Of a DNA stretch of 55,720 nucleotides, positions 45,901 to 54,608 are shown piece after piece (position 1 is the stretch's first letter; every line of letters starts with the position of its first letter). Source of the DNA: a virus (Duplodnaviria; Caudoviricetes). The DNA is taken from the IMG/VR virus record IMGVR_UViG_3300023181_000007, positions 1-55,720 of that record; one strand, 5' to 3'. Position numbers and translations under genes: made by a program. The notes under the pieces are model-generated. The model was not told the DNA's origin. It saw only the letters and a program-made list of their open reading frames with translations, and ran no database searches.

Positions 45901-46050
45901 ATGAAATCATTTTTTCATTTTATATGGGTGCTTATTGTGATTATAGGCGCAGCATTTCTAACCTGTATTTTGTATTGCTTGAGGTTATTGGCTAGGATAG
46001 TTTATTTTTGGAAAAGAGCACCTTGGATAGTTGGTAAATCAAAACTTTAA
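45901..46050 (+). CDS. 49-aa membrane peptide (not in the ORF track)
   Basis: MKSFFHFIWVLIVIIGAAFLTCILY... Confidence 0.5.
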   Translation: MKSFFHFIWVLIVIIGAAFLTCILYCLRLLARIVYFWKRAPWIVGKSKL

Positions 46051-46053
46051 AAA

Positions 46054-46515
46054 GTGAAACAAAAAACCCATAAAAATTGCGCAAACCCGAATTGCAACAA
46101 AGAGTTTAAATTGTATAATTCAACACAAAAATATTGCTCATATTCTTGCCAATTAGAGGTTGAGGGAAGAAAAGAAAAAAAAGTACAAAAGAAAATAAAT
46201 CCTATTTCTGAAAAGAGAAAAGCGGAAAAACCTATTTACGATTTAAAAAGAGACGCTTTTTTATCTTTGGAGAAAAATAAATTTTGTAAGGTTCACGGAA
46301 AAAATTGTACAAAAATTGCAACAACTGTTGAGCATAGAATGGGAAGACGTGGTTTTGCGGATGATTGGGCAAGAGATAACAAAATTAGCCTTTATATTGA
46401 TGAAAGGTTTTGGTTGGCATCATGCAACCCTTGTAACTTAGAGTTAGAAAACAATCCCGAATTATCATATCAATTTCAATTATCAAAAATACATGGCGGC
46501 AAGAAATTCAAATAA
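46054..46515 (+). CDS. Zn-finger/HNH-like protein (NinG-like)
   Basis: CANPNC...YCSYSC; C..C...TVEH...SCNPCN. Confidence 0.6.
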   Translation: MKQKTHKNCANPNCNKEFKLYNSTQKYCSYSCQLEVEGRKEKKVQKKINPISEKRKAEKPIYDLKRDAFLSLEKNKFCKVHGKNCTKIATTVEHRMGRRGFADDWARDNKISLYIDERFWLASCNPCNLELENNPELSYQFQLSKIHGGKKFK

Positions 46516-46702
46516 CAACGCACCCAATACACCCCCGGAGACAATTGTTGATGTAGTATCAACAAAAGGGGATAAAGTCATTGTTAACTCCATGACTCAC
46601 GGCCAAGCAATTTTATTGAAGTCAAAAAACGGTTGGGTAAATAAAATATATCAACCCGGTTATCATGGGTATAAAACTAATATAGAAACTAAAAAAACAT
46701 AG
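46493..46702 (+). CDS. hypothetical protein
   Basis: Overlapping ORF. Confidence 0.55.
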   Translation: MAARNSNNNAPNTPPETIVDVVSTKGDKVIVNSMTHGQAILLKSKNGWVNKIYQPGYHGYKTNIETKKT

Positions 46703-46706
46703 TAGT

Positions 46707-47120
46707 ATGGATTTATTCGGTAGGATTAAAGTAATAGGCGAAACCACGACTTATGGCGAAAGTGGTTTTAGAAAAAGGGAAATAGTTATAACAACTGACG
46801 AGCAATACCCCCAAACGATACTAATTGAGTTTACTCAAGACAAATGTGATTTGTTGAATAGCTTTACAATTGGTCAACCCGTTAAAGTAGCTTTTAACGT
46901 AAGGGGGAGAGAATGGGTTAACCCTCAAGGAGAGACAAAGTATTTTAACCAAATACAAGGTTGGAGGATTGAACTACTGGCAGCAGCAGGGGCACCCGTT
47001 CAGCAAGGTTATCAAGGACCGGGAAGCGCGGCGGATGCTTACCATAATAACCAAACAAATACTAACCCTCAAGCCGGGTCAAATAACTCGGAGGAAGAGC
47101 ACGACGATCTCCCATTTTAG
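46707..47120 (+). CDS. single-stranded DNA-binding protein (DUF3127-like)
   Basis: FRKREIVITTDEQYPQ, GREW, QGWRI; acidic DDLPF tail. Confidence 0.85.
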   Translation: MDLFGRIKVIGETTTYGESGFRKREIVITTDEQYPQTILIEFTQDKCDLLNSFTIGQPVKVAFNVRGREWVNPQGETKYFNQIQGWRIELLAAAGAPVQQGYQGPGSAADAYHNNQTNTNPQAGSNNSEEEHDDLPF

Positions 47121-47121
47121 C

Positions 47122-47147
47122 AAAGCCCCAATTGAGGGGCTTTTTTT
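47122..47147 (+). terminator. intrinsic terminator
   Basis: AAAGCCCC-AATTGA-GGGGCTTT plus T-run. Confidence 0.85.
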
Positions 47148-47159
47148 ATTTAAAATAAA

Positions 47160-47204
47160 TAATAAAATATATTTGTTTTAAATAATAATATTTTATTATA
47201 TTTG
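47160..47204 (+). promoter_or_regulatory. promoter with TAATAA-N4-TTATTA operator
   Basis: Palindrome 47183-47198; TATATTTG 47197-47204. Confidence 0.75.
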
Positions 47205-47235
47205 ACGTGTGGAATAATAACAAAAACATTGTATC

Positions 47236-47529
47236 GTGGAAAATACAAAAACAATCTCAACACGTTCAGGTGCGTTAAAATCTGATGATCAATTAAGGGC
47301 TTATATAAACAAAAACTTTATTATTCGTTGGCGAATGAAAGGAGATAAAAAAAGTAATCTTATTTCCGCCGGTAAATTTGTAAAGTTATTGCAGGACAAA
47401 ACAAGCATGGTCACAATTACCCCGGAGGAAACAAAACAAAAATACTTTGATAAAGTGATTAACGGTCGAAAGTATCGTTATGACTTTTTGATAATGGGTA
47501 TTTTACAAGTTCAATTTATATCTAAATAA
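47236..47529 (+). CDS. basic hypothetical protein (GTG start inside an sRNA target site)
   Basis: AAAAACAT..TATCGTGGAA. Confidence 0.7.
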   Translation: MENTKTISTRSGALKSDDQLRAYINKNFIIRWRMKGDKKSNLISAGKFVKLLQDKTSMVTITPEETKQKYFDKVINGRKYRYDFLIMGILQVQFISK

Positions 47530-47580
47530 AAAAAAGCTAAATCACTACTAAAATATAATAATAAGCTAAAAATTAAAGCT

Positions 47581-48126
47581 ATGTATAAAGGTAAAGAATG
47601 TTGCCAAGGGTGTGGCAAAGACGGCACACAAAAACCAAGATACTCAAAAGATAAACTTTGTGAAGATTGCAAAAAAATAATGGAATTAGGTAAAGCGGTT
47701 ACATCCGAGAGTCTTGTTGAATATGTAAGAGTTAGAGACTGGTATAATGGGCTTTCATCTTGGGGATTTGATGATAATACCTTAAATAAATTTGCAACAG
47801 CAGTATTAGAGCGTATAAACAACCCAAACGCACCAACTAAAGGAGAGTTAACATTGAGGGCTAACACGGGTCATAGTACTGTATTTTATACGGTGCCAAA
47901 AGCATTTGCAGAGCCTTTTATTGAATTTGTAAAAATTTTAAACGAAGTTGTTAGAGATATAAAAAAACAAAAAGAGGATATTTCAATACAAGCCAAAAAC
48001 GCAGTTAGGAATGAGAAAAATGAAATATTCAACTTAGGAGTTGAAGCCGGGAGAGATTTATTAATGCAGCTTAACCGGGGTGATATAACTATAGATCATT
48101 TTAATAAAACGGTAATCAAATATTAA
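47581..48126 (+). CDS. hypothetical protein with N-terminal zinc finger
   Basis: CQGC...CEDC. Confidence 0.75.
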   Translation: MYKGKECCQGCGKDGTQKPRYSKDKLCEDCKKIMELGKAVTSESLVEYVRVRDWYNGLSSWGFDDNTLNKFATAVLERINNPNAPTKGELTLRANTGHSTVFYTVPKAFAEPFIEFVKILNEVVRDIKKQKEDISIQAKNAVRNEKNEIFNLGVEAGRDLLMQLNRGDITIDHFNKTVIKY

Positions 48127-48128
48127 TC

Positions 48129-48560
48129 ATGATTCAATATACTAAAGAAAACCCCGGAGGGCCTTACTCAATGCTTAAATATCTTTCAGAGATTAGCGGC
48201 ATAAGTTTGAGAAAAGAATTAGAGTTTGACTCTATGGATAAGCTAAGGCGAAAAAACGGCTCAAAAACCAAATCTAAAAGCTACCTCATTTATAATGCTT
48301 ACGATATAAAAGTTGTTATAAATGGTGAAATAATTCCTTACATGATACCCGGCCCGTCTTTTGGTGATTGGCGTTTTGATAATGTTTACAAGGACACCCC
48401 GGAGAAGTTTATTGTTACGGTTGATAGGTCTTATGAGGAATTCGGAATTGAAATAAAACCCGCCGGAACTTATAACGATAGCTTAGGCGGCGGTTGGAGT
48501 AGCAAAATAGATTTGTATAATATAAACGGCAATTACTTTGCCCCTGACATGGAGGTTTAG
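48129..48560 (+). CDS. hypothetical protein
   Basis: ORF. Confidence 0.7.
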   Translation: MIQYTKENPGGPYSMLKYLSEISGISLRKELEFDSMDKLRRKNGSKTKSKSYLIYNAYDIKVVINGEIIPYMIPGPSFGDWRFDNVYKDTPEKFIVTVDRSYEEFGIEIKPAGTYNDSLGGGWSSKIDLYNINGNYFAPDMEV

Positions 48561-48562
48561 AA

Positions 48563-49273
48563 ATGGGTAAAAATTTCAACACAAACACAGACAATAATGA
48601 TGTGTGGTTAACGCCTCCATCATTGATAAAAAGCTTAGGTAATTTTGATCTTGACCCATGCAGCCCAATAAATAGACCTTGGGACACGGCAAAAAATCAC
48701 ATGACTATTGACGACGACGGTTTATTACTGCCTTGGTTTGGCCGTGTATGGCTTAATCCTCCTTACGGCAATCAGCTTGGCAAATGGCTTGAGAAAATGG
48801 CATTGCATCAAAACGGAACCGCTTTAATATTTGCACGAACCGAAACAACGGCAATGCAATACTATGTTTTCCCTCATGCCGAAAGCATTCTATTTATAAA
48901 AGGCCGAATTAATTTTCATTATCAAGACGGCCGTGTTGGGGATCGGGCAAACGCCCCAAGTATATTGATTGGCTATAATGAGTATAATTCGGACATGATC
49001 GAGCAAAGCGGAATACAAGGGCATCACATAAGCCTTAGACCAAAAATATTTATAGCGGGCATTTCTTTAGATCAAAACAAAACTTGGCGCGTTATAGTAG
49101 GAGAAGTTTTGGAGGAGTTAAACCGGGAGGCAACATTAACCGATATATACGAAACCGTTATAAAGTTAGCTCCGGAAAAAGTACGTAAGAATCAAAACTA
49201 CAAGGCTAAAATAAGACAGGTTTGCCAACAACATTTTGATAGAATTTCAAAAGCCACTTATAAACTAAATTAA
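48563..49273 (+). CDS. phage Dam-family N6-adenine DNA methyltransferase with C-terminal winged-helix-like extension
   Basis: WLTP, FDLDPC, DGL, VWLNPPYG, ARTET, KGRINF. Confidence 0.88.
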   Translation: MGKNFNTNTDNNDVWLTPPSLIKSLGNFDLDPCSPINRPWDTAKNHMTIDDDGLLLPWFGRVWLNPPYGNQLGKWLEKMALHQNGTALIFARTETTAMQYYVFPHAESILFIKGRINFHYQDGRVGDRANAPSILIGYNEYNSDMIEQSGIQGHHISLRPKIFIAGISLDQNKTWRVIVGEVLEELNREATLTDIYETVIKLAPEKVRKNQNYKAKIRQVCQQHFDRISKATYKLN

Positions 49274-49278
49274 CCATC

Positions 49279-49485
49279 ATGATAAACAAAGACCAAGTAC
49301 AGGCAACACCAACATTTAAATCGTTGGATGCTTTACAGCAAAAGTTAATTCTTAATAAAGAGACTTTTGAGAAAATCCAAAACGGCGTTAATGTGGCTAA
49401 ACACAAAGGGATTGAGCTTTACATTAAAGATCACAACCCCGCGCCAAGAGTATTGAGTATTGTAACCGAATTATTAAAATCATAA
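49279..49485 (+). CDS. hypothetical protein
   Basis: ORF. Confidence 0.65.
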   Translation: MINKDQVQATPTFKSLDALQQKLILNKETFEKIQNGVNVAKHKGIELYIKDHNPAPRVLSIVTELLKS

Positions 49486-49486
49486 A

Positions 49487-49819
49487 ATGAAATTATCCAA
49501 ATACGAGGCGTTTTTAGAAAACGCTAAAAGAGATCAAAAATCTTTTAACTCTCATGTTGAAAAAATGAAAGGAAGCGGATCTTTTGAATTTAAAGAATTG
49601 GCAGAGAAATTATTTGAGTTGCAAAATAAGCTAAATAATGCTTTGATTGTTTATTTGTTTTCTAATGATAAAAACGATAGACTTATTGAGCATATAGTAA
49701 ATAAATATTTGGAAAAACATAGAAATATATTGCTTTTCCTTTTTGCTTTGGATAATGAAATGAGGTTTTTCATTTTGCATGAGCTAAAGACAAATCAAAA
49801 CTTATTTTCAAACTGTTAA
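49487..49819 (+). CDS. hypothetical protein
   Basis: ORF. Confidence 0.7.
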   Translation: MKLSKYEAFLENAKRDQKSFNSHVEKMKGSGSFEFKELAEKLFELQNKLNNALIVYLFSNDKNDRLIEHIVNKYLEKHRNILLFLFALDNEMRFFILHELKTNQNLFSNC

Positions 49820-49830
49820 AATAAATTCAA

Positions 49831-51102
49831 ATGAAGTACATTAAAATTAAAAATGATGGTATAATAGAGCCGGAGGCTTTACATCTAATGGGAGCATCTA
49901 CAAAAGTGGGTGATAGTTCTAAAATAGGCCAATTTGGTTCCGGCACGAAATACGCTTTGGCTTATCTTTTACGTAATAATTATGAAACCTTTATTTACGC
50001 AGGGTTAAACCCTATATCGGTTAATACACAACCTAAGAATTGGAAAGATAAAACATTTAACGTTATTTACATTGATGGCAAAGAAACGTCAATAACTACC
50101 GACATGGGTAAGGATTGGAGAATGTGGCAAGCTTTGAGAGAGATATATTGTAACGCAATAGATGAGGGCGGTGTTATAATGGAATTTGTGGCAGAAATGG
50201 CACCAAAAGAAAATGAAACTCATTTTTATATAGAAAACAAAGATGATGCGTTGAGCTTTACACAAAACTTCAATGATTATTTTTCTCAAAACAAAGAGGT
50301 TTTGTTTGAATGTGAGTTTGGCAGAATTCTAAAGAAAACAGGTGAAAAAGCGAACATATACAGAAAAGGAATAAAGTGTTTTGAAACAAACAAAACTAGT
50401 GTATTTGATTATGATTTCAATGATATACTCATAGACGAAAATAGGCTCGTAAGATATTTTTGGACCGTTGAGGAAAAGATTTGGCAATTAATATATCAAT
50501 GTGATAATAAAGATGTAATAATTGAAGCCTTAAGAGGTGCTAAAAATGAAAATTCTATTGAGGGCACTATATCTGAATATGCAAGCATTCAAAATAAAAT
50601 ATCTAATCAATTTAAAGAGGTGATTGATGAAAATGAATTAATGCCAAAGAGTTTTGATATTGATGATAATTCGGATGATAAAAGTATATACATGCCAACG
50701 CTTTTATTTAAAAACATTTATTCAGCAGCAGGAAAAGAAAGTTTCGCTAATGATTATACAATAAATGAAGATGGGACACTTTACAAATTAATTCCATCTA
50801 AAAACGAATACGATCTCAAAATAAATGAATGTTTGGAGTTTTTTGATAAACACAACTATTCTATTGACTTCCCTATTGAGATAGCTAAATTCGACAAATC
50901 GGGTGTTTTGGGTTGCGCTCATGAGGGATGTATTTTATTAAGCGAAAAGGCTTTTGATCAAAACATAAATGATTTATGTAATACTATAATTGAGGAGCAG
51001 ATTCATTTAAAGACAGGAGCAAAAGATAAAACAAGGGAATTCCAAACCGCAATAATTGATGAATTGCTTAATTATATGGTAACGCAAAGAGAAATATCTT
51101 AA
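49831..51102 (+). CDS. GHKL (HATPase-like) protein with C-terminal zincin-like segment
   Basis: MGASTK...IGQFGSGTKYA; REIYCNAIDE; NTIIEEQIH. Confidence 0.7.
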   Translation: MKYIKIKNDGIIEPEALHLMGASTKVGDSSKIGQFGSGTKYALAYLLRNNYETFIYAGLNPISVNTQPKNWKDKTFNVIYIDGKETSITTDMGKDWRMWQALREIYCNAIDEGGVIMEFVAEMAPKENETHFYIENKDDALSFTQNFNDYFSQNKEVLFECEFGRILKKTGEKANIYRKGIKCFETNKTSVFDYDFNDILIDENRLVRYFWTVEEKIWQLIYQCDNKDVIIEALRGAKNENSIEGTISEYASIQNKISNQFKEVIDENELMPKSFDIDDNSDDKSIYMPTLLFKNIYSAAGKESFANDYTINEDGTLYKLIPSKNEYDLKINECLEFFDKHNYSIDFPIEIAKFDKSGVLGCAHEGCILLSEKAFDQNINDLCNTIIEEQIHLKTGAKDKTREFQTAIIDELLNYMVTQREIS

Positions 51103-51104
51103 TA

Positions 51105-51314
51105 ATGAAAAACACGCTAAAAGATTGGCCGGATATACGGGATGGTACACGCGGACTTAGATCAATAGATGTTTTGATTTACATTAAAAAAATTGATCAA
51201 CATTTTATTGGTTGGTTTGACTTTTCAGAAATGAAATGGAAAACAGATAGCGGAGAGATTTTATATAAAGGTTTCCGTTGGCGAAAACTAGATTTAAAAA
51301 CAGATAAATATTAA
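51105..51314 (+). CDS. hypothetical Trp-rich small protein
   Basis: ORF. Confidence 0.6.
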   Translation: MKNTLKDWPDIRDGTRGLRSIDVLIYIKKIDQHFIGWFDFSEMKWKTDSGEILYKGFRWRKLDLKTDKY

Positions 51315-51317
51315 AAA

Positions 51318-52061
51318 ATGCAAATAAGTAAACCTATCGTTTTTTTCGACTTGGAGACTACGGGCAAAAACCCGGAGATTGATAGGATTGTTGAGATAGC
51401 AGTTATTAAAATAAACCTAGACGGGCAAAAAGAGGAAAAAAGGTATCTTTTAAATCCAAACATAGAAATACCTCCGGAGGCAACTTTGATACATGGCATA
51501 ACTAATGAAATGGTTGCAGACCGGCCAACGTTTAAACAAATATCAAAAGCCTTGTTTTCCTATCTTTCAGATTGTGACCTTGCCGGATATAATTCTGATC
51601 GTTTTGATATTCCTTTATTATCTACTGAATTTCAAAGAGTAGGTTTAATATATCCCAATCCCGGCACAAATCAAGTTGATGCATATAAACTATATACGTA
51701 TCATTACCCCAATACATTGGAGGCTGTATATGAGAGAATATTTGGAGATAAATTGGACGGAGCACATGGGGCACATGCCGACACAAATGCAACCGTAAAG
51801 ATTTTATTTCATTTGTTAGATAAATTCTATAGCGATGATGTAACACCTCAACAGCTTGATGATTTATTGCAGGGAGATAAAAAACGTGTAGACAATTCTC
51901 AAAAATTGTATCGTAATAGTGCCGGGGAGGTGTGTTGGGCATTTGGACCAAATAAAGATTCGCCGGTATTGAGTAACTTAGGTTTTTTAAATTGGGTATT
52001 GAGTAAAGATTTCCCGGAGGAAACTAAAGGGATATTAAGGCAGCTAATAATAAATTCCTAA
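51318..52061 (+). CDS. DEDDh 3'-5' exonuclease (DnaQ-like)
   Basis: FFDLETTG, GYNSDRFDI, AHGAHAD. Confidence 0.92.
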   Translation: MQISKPIVFFDLETTGKNPEIDRIVEIAVIKINLDGQKEEKRYLLNPNIEIPPEATLIHGITNEMVADRPTFKQISKALFSYLSDCDLAGYNSDRFDIPLLSTEFQRVGLIYPNPGTNQVDAYKLYTYHYPNTLEAVYERIFGDKLDGAHGAHADTNATVKILFHLLDKFYSDDVTPQQLDDLLQGDKKRVDNSQKLYRNSAGEVCWAFGPNKDSPVLSNLGFLNWVLSKDFPEETKGILRQLIINS

Positions 52062-52062
52062 A

Positions 52063-52287
52063 ATGAAAGTCGTTTACAAATCTGAAAGCCCAACGCCAAA
52101 TAATAAAATTCATTATTATAAATGTGATCATTGTTCTAAGGAATTCGGATATGACGAAAATAATTGCGCTAATCAAATGGTTATGCCGCCGATTAAGGAA
52201 ATATTAAAAAACCCATACACAGCACACGAGAGTTATAAATATTGGTGCAAGGATTGTGTGATAGAATTAAAAATAAACCCGACTTAA
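52063..52287 (+). CDS. small zinc-finger protein
   Basis: CDHC...CKDC. Confidence 0.65.
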   Translation: MKVVYKSESPTPNNKIHYYKCDHCSKEFGYDENNCANQMVMPPIKEILKNPYTAHESYKYWCKDCVIELKINPT

Positions 52288-52302
52288 ATAGTTGGGTTTT
52301 TT
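52275..52302 (+). terminator. intrinsic terminator overlapping a stop codon
   Basis: AAACCCGAC/GTTGGGTTT plus T-run. Confidence 0.7.
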
Positions 52303-52324
52303 ATTTTAAAAATATTTTAAAAAA

Positions 52325-52369
52325 TAATAATATATTATTTGGTATAATAATAAAATATAATTACTTTTG
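52325..52369 (+). promoter_or_regulatory. promoter with two degenerate TAATAA-N4-TTATTA operators
   Basis: Copies at 52325-52340 and 52348-52363; TACTTTTG 52362-52369. Confidence 0.65.
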
Positions 52370-52395
52370 ATGAGTGGAATAACAAAATACAAAAC

Positions 52396-52794
52396 ATGAT
52401 ACCTGAAAAATTTACTGTAACAAAGGAGTATAAACATGAAAGTTATTGTTTGATACTTGATTGCATTGTTGTCATTAAAAAACATCTTCATAAATCACCG
52501 ATCATAGTAGATAGAAAGCTTGATAAGTTTTATAGAAGATTTGACATGCAAAGATTCACACTCGATATAGGTGATGATTCTAATTTTTATTTAGAAGTAA
52601 ATATAAAAGAGCAAAAGTTAACAATCTGTATTAAGATAGCTTTAAGGGGTATATCTCAACGTATTGCTTGCGTCATAGAATTGCCGGTAACTCAAATGAT
52701 TCATTATATAGGAGACGCTAATGAGATAGTTTTTGAGGAAATAGAAAGAGCTGAAAAAAACCTAAATAATCTCTTGGTATGCGATACAGAATAA
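52396..52794 (+). CDS. hypothetical protein
   Basis: First gene after the promoter; leader carries GTGGAATAACA. Confidence 0.7.
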   Translation: MIPEKFTVTKEYKHESYCLILDCIVVIKKHLHKSPIIVDRKLDKFYRRFDMQRFTLDIGDDSNFYLEVNIKEQKLTICIKIALRGISQRIACVIELPVTQMIHYIGDANEIVFEEIERAEKNLNNLLVCDTE

Positions 52795-52904
52795 AAAAAA
52801 GGTTCCGCTTATTTGTATTGCGTAATCGTGAAAAGATAGTTGTTGGAGGCATGTTGCTCGGTGTAGTAATAGCCTATTGTCTAATCAAACATTTTGTATC
52901 ATGA
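52779..52904 (+). CDS. 41-aa membrane peptide (not in the ORF track)
   Basis: MRYRIKKRFRLFVLRNREKIVVGGMLLGVVIAYCLIKHFVS. Confidence 0.5.
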   Translation: MRYRIKKRFRLFVLRNREKIVVGGMLLGVVIAYCLIKHFVS

Positions 52905-53068
52905 AATAGTTTTATCATTATCGTCTTACCGGTTCAAAGGCCGGAGCTACAACCAAAACAAATATTAATTTAATAAAGGCTTTATTTACCTTGGTGTTAT
53001 ACTAAAGTAGCTTTTTGATGAGGGGCGGGATGCCCTTAAAAACCTAAGACAAATCAAACTTAAATATT

Positions 53069-53284
53069 ATGGATAAATACACCCTAAATGATGTTAAACT
53101 AGACATCGAAATTGTAAAGAGGTCGATTGCTGACCCTGATAAGGCTCATTGTATAGAGGATCAAATAATGTACAGGTTTATAGAGTGTTTATCTATTGGC
53201 ATGTATGAAATTGATGAGGCTATAGAGATTGCAGCCTTAATTAAAGAATGCAACGAGTTACAATTCCCAAGGTACACATCTTAA
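53069..53284 (+). CDS. hypothetical protein
   Basis: DPDKAHCIED motif. Confidence 0.7.
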   Translation: MDKYTLNDVKLDIEIVKRSIADPDKAHCIEDQIMYRFIECLSIGMYEIDEAIEIAALIKECNELQFPRYTS

Positions 53285-53298
53285 AAAACATTTTTATC

Positions 53299-53604
53299 GT
53301 GGAAAATAAAAATCACAAAAGACCAATGAAAGTATTATATCAAATACTTTTAGAAACGGCTAAAGAAAAAGGATTTGGAGAGAATGGAATTTGTCAACTC
53401 ATAGGTAGGCTTCTCATAAAAAAACATTTTAATACCTATGAAGCTAATGCATTAATTTGTGATATTGACAATAACAAACCTGAAAGCTATAATCCTCATA
53501 ATGGTTATTTTTTCCCGGTTGGTAAAAATTACGAATTGAAAAGAATCAAATTAATAGAACAACGTTTAAACTTTTACAGCAATGAGCCAACCGCATTCAC
53601 CTGA
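53299..53604 (+). CDS. hypothetical protein (GTG start inside an sRNA target site)
   Basis: AAAAACAT..TTATCGTGGAA; in-frame GTG just after the upstream stop. Confidence 0.65.
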   Translation: MENKNHKRPMKVLYQILLETAKEKGFGENGICQLIGRLLIKKHFNTYEANALICDIDNNKPESYNPHNGYFFPVGKNYELKRIKLIEQRLNFYSNEPTAFT

Positions 53605-53785
53605 AAAAATGGAGCAAGTATTAATTGACTTGGGGTTAGATGTAATATCGGCCGATAAAACAGTAATTGTATTTTGGTATAAAGGAAATAAAATACAATA
53701 TTTCATTAAATCACAATGGGCCTCCGGGAGAGGAATTGAGGACGGCCGGGGTTGGGATAGATTAATAAAACAGCTTCAAAGATGA
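53582..53785 (+). CDS. hypothetical protein
   Basis: ORF. Confidence 0.65.
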   Translation: MSQPHSPEKMEQVLIDLGLDVISADKTVIVFWYKGNKIQYFIKSQWASGRGIEDGRGWDRLIKQLQR

Positions 53786-53904
53786 TAAATCTCATATCTA
53801 AAGTAATCGAAAAGCTATTTGGATCATTCGTATTTTGTTTTGTATTGGCCGGACTTTTAATAATAATCCAATCAATAATACTTTTTATCAATGGAGATCA
53901 ATAA
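53782..53904 (+). CDS. 40-aa membrane peptide (not in the ORF track)
   Basis: ATGA overlap; hydrophobic core. Confidence 0.5.
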   Translation: MINLISKVIEKLFGSFVFCFVLAGLLIIIQSIILFINGDQ

Positions 53905-54014
53905 TAAACCCAAATACAGGTTTGGAGACCTTACGGCAATTTTAATTCATTCTAAGGGCTTAAATGAGCGAATTAACCAAAGTGTAATAAATTATAACCT
54001 TAAAAAACAAAAAG

Positions 54015-54263
54015 ATGCAAAAATCACAAGTTGTACAGTTATTTAATGATGAGCCGGCTATCATAGGCACCCAAGCTGTTGAATATGACGCAAACGAAAA
54101 TTGGTTAACCGTTACACACAACGGAGAAACATTTAACTTGAGTATGAGCAATTGGCAACAATTAGTTGGGCTAGTTAATCAATGCATAAACGAAAGCGGC
54201 CAAGACGATCAGCAAGACCCCGGAGACGAACATAATCCAAAACTAAAAGATGCCAAACTTTAA
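54015..54263 (+). CDS. hypothetical protein
   Basis: ORF with A-rich leader. Confidence 0.65.
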   Translation: MQKSQVVQLFNDEPAIIGTQAVEYDANENWLTVTHNGETFNLSMSNWQQLVGLVNQCINESGQDDQQDPGDEHNPKLKDAKL

Positions 54264-54594
54264 ACAAAAATTGTTAGTTCCGGAAAGCGGCCGGTTAACA
54301 AATATTGACATTGAGGATGCTAAATATTTTTTTAGCGTCTTGCATGAGTTGGGTTACATGAATGTTCAAAAAGAACCCTTTGATAAATTCAGCAGCAGAA
54401 AAATAATTGTTTGGGATGGTAATTGTAAAACGGTTTATTCAGCTAATAAGCAGCTAGGCAACTCTAACAGCTATTTAAACACTAAATATCCTTACATAAA
54501 ATTCAATGATTATTTTGAATTACTGCCTAACAAAAAGAAGTCAGAAAGCGAGTTAATAGAGCCGGTTAAATATTGGCAAGAGTATAATAATTAA
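54250..54594 (+). CDS. hypothetical protein
   Basis: ORF. Confidence 0.65.
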   Translation: MPNFKQKLLVPESGRLTNIDIEDAKYFFSVLHELGYMNVQKEPFDKFSSRKIIVWDGNCKTVYSANKQLGNSNSYLNTKYPYIKFNDYFELLPNKKKSESELIEPVKYWQEYNN

Positions 54595-54608
54595 AAATCA
54601 AATAAATC

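Noticed and set aside
1033-54151. All minus-strand ORFs in the track (e.g. 12090-12686, 17858-18496, 45385-45795)
   Set aside because: They are antisense shadows of well-supported + genes, with no recognisable motifs or expression signals.
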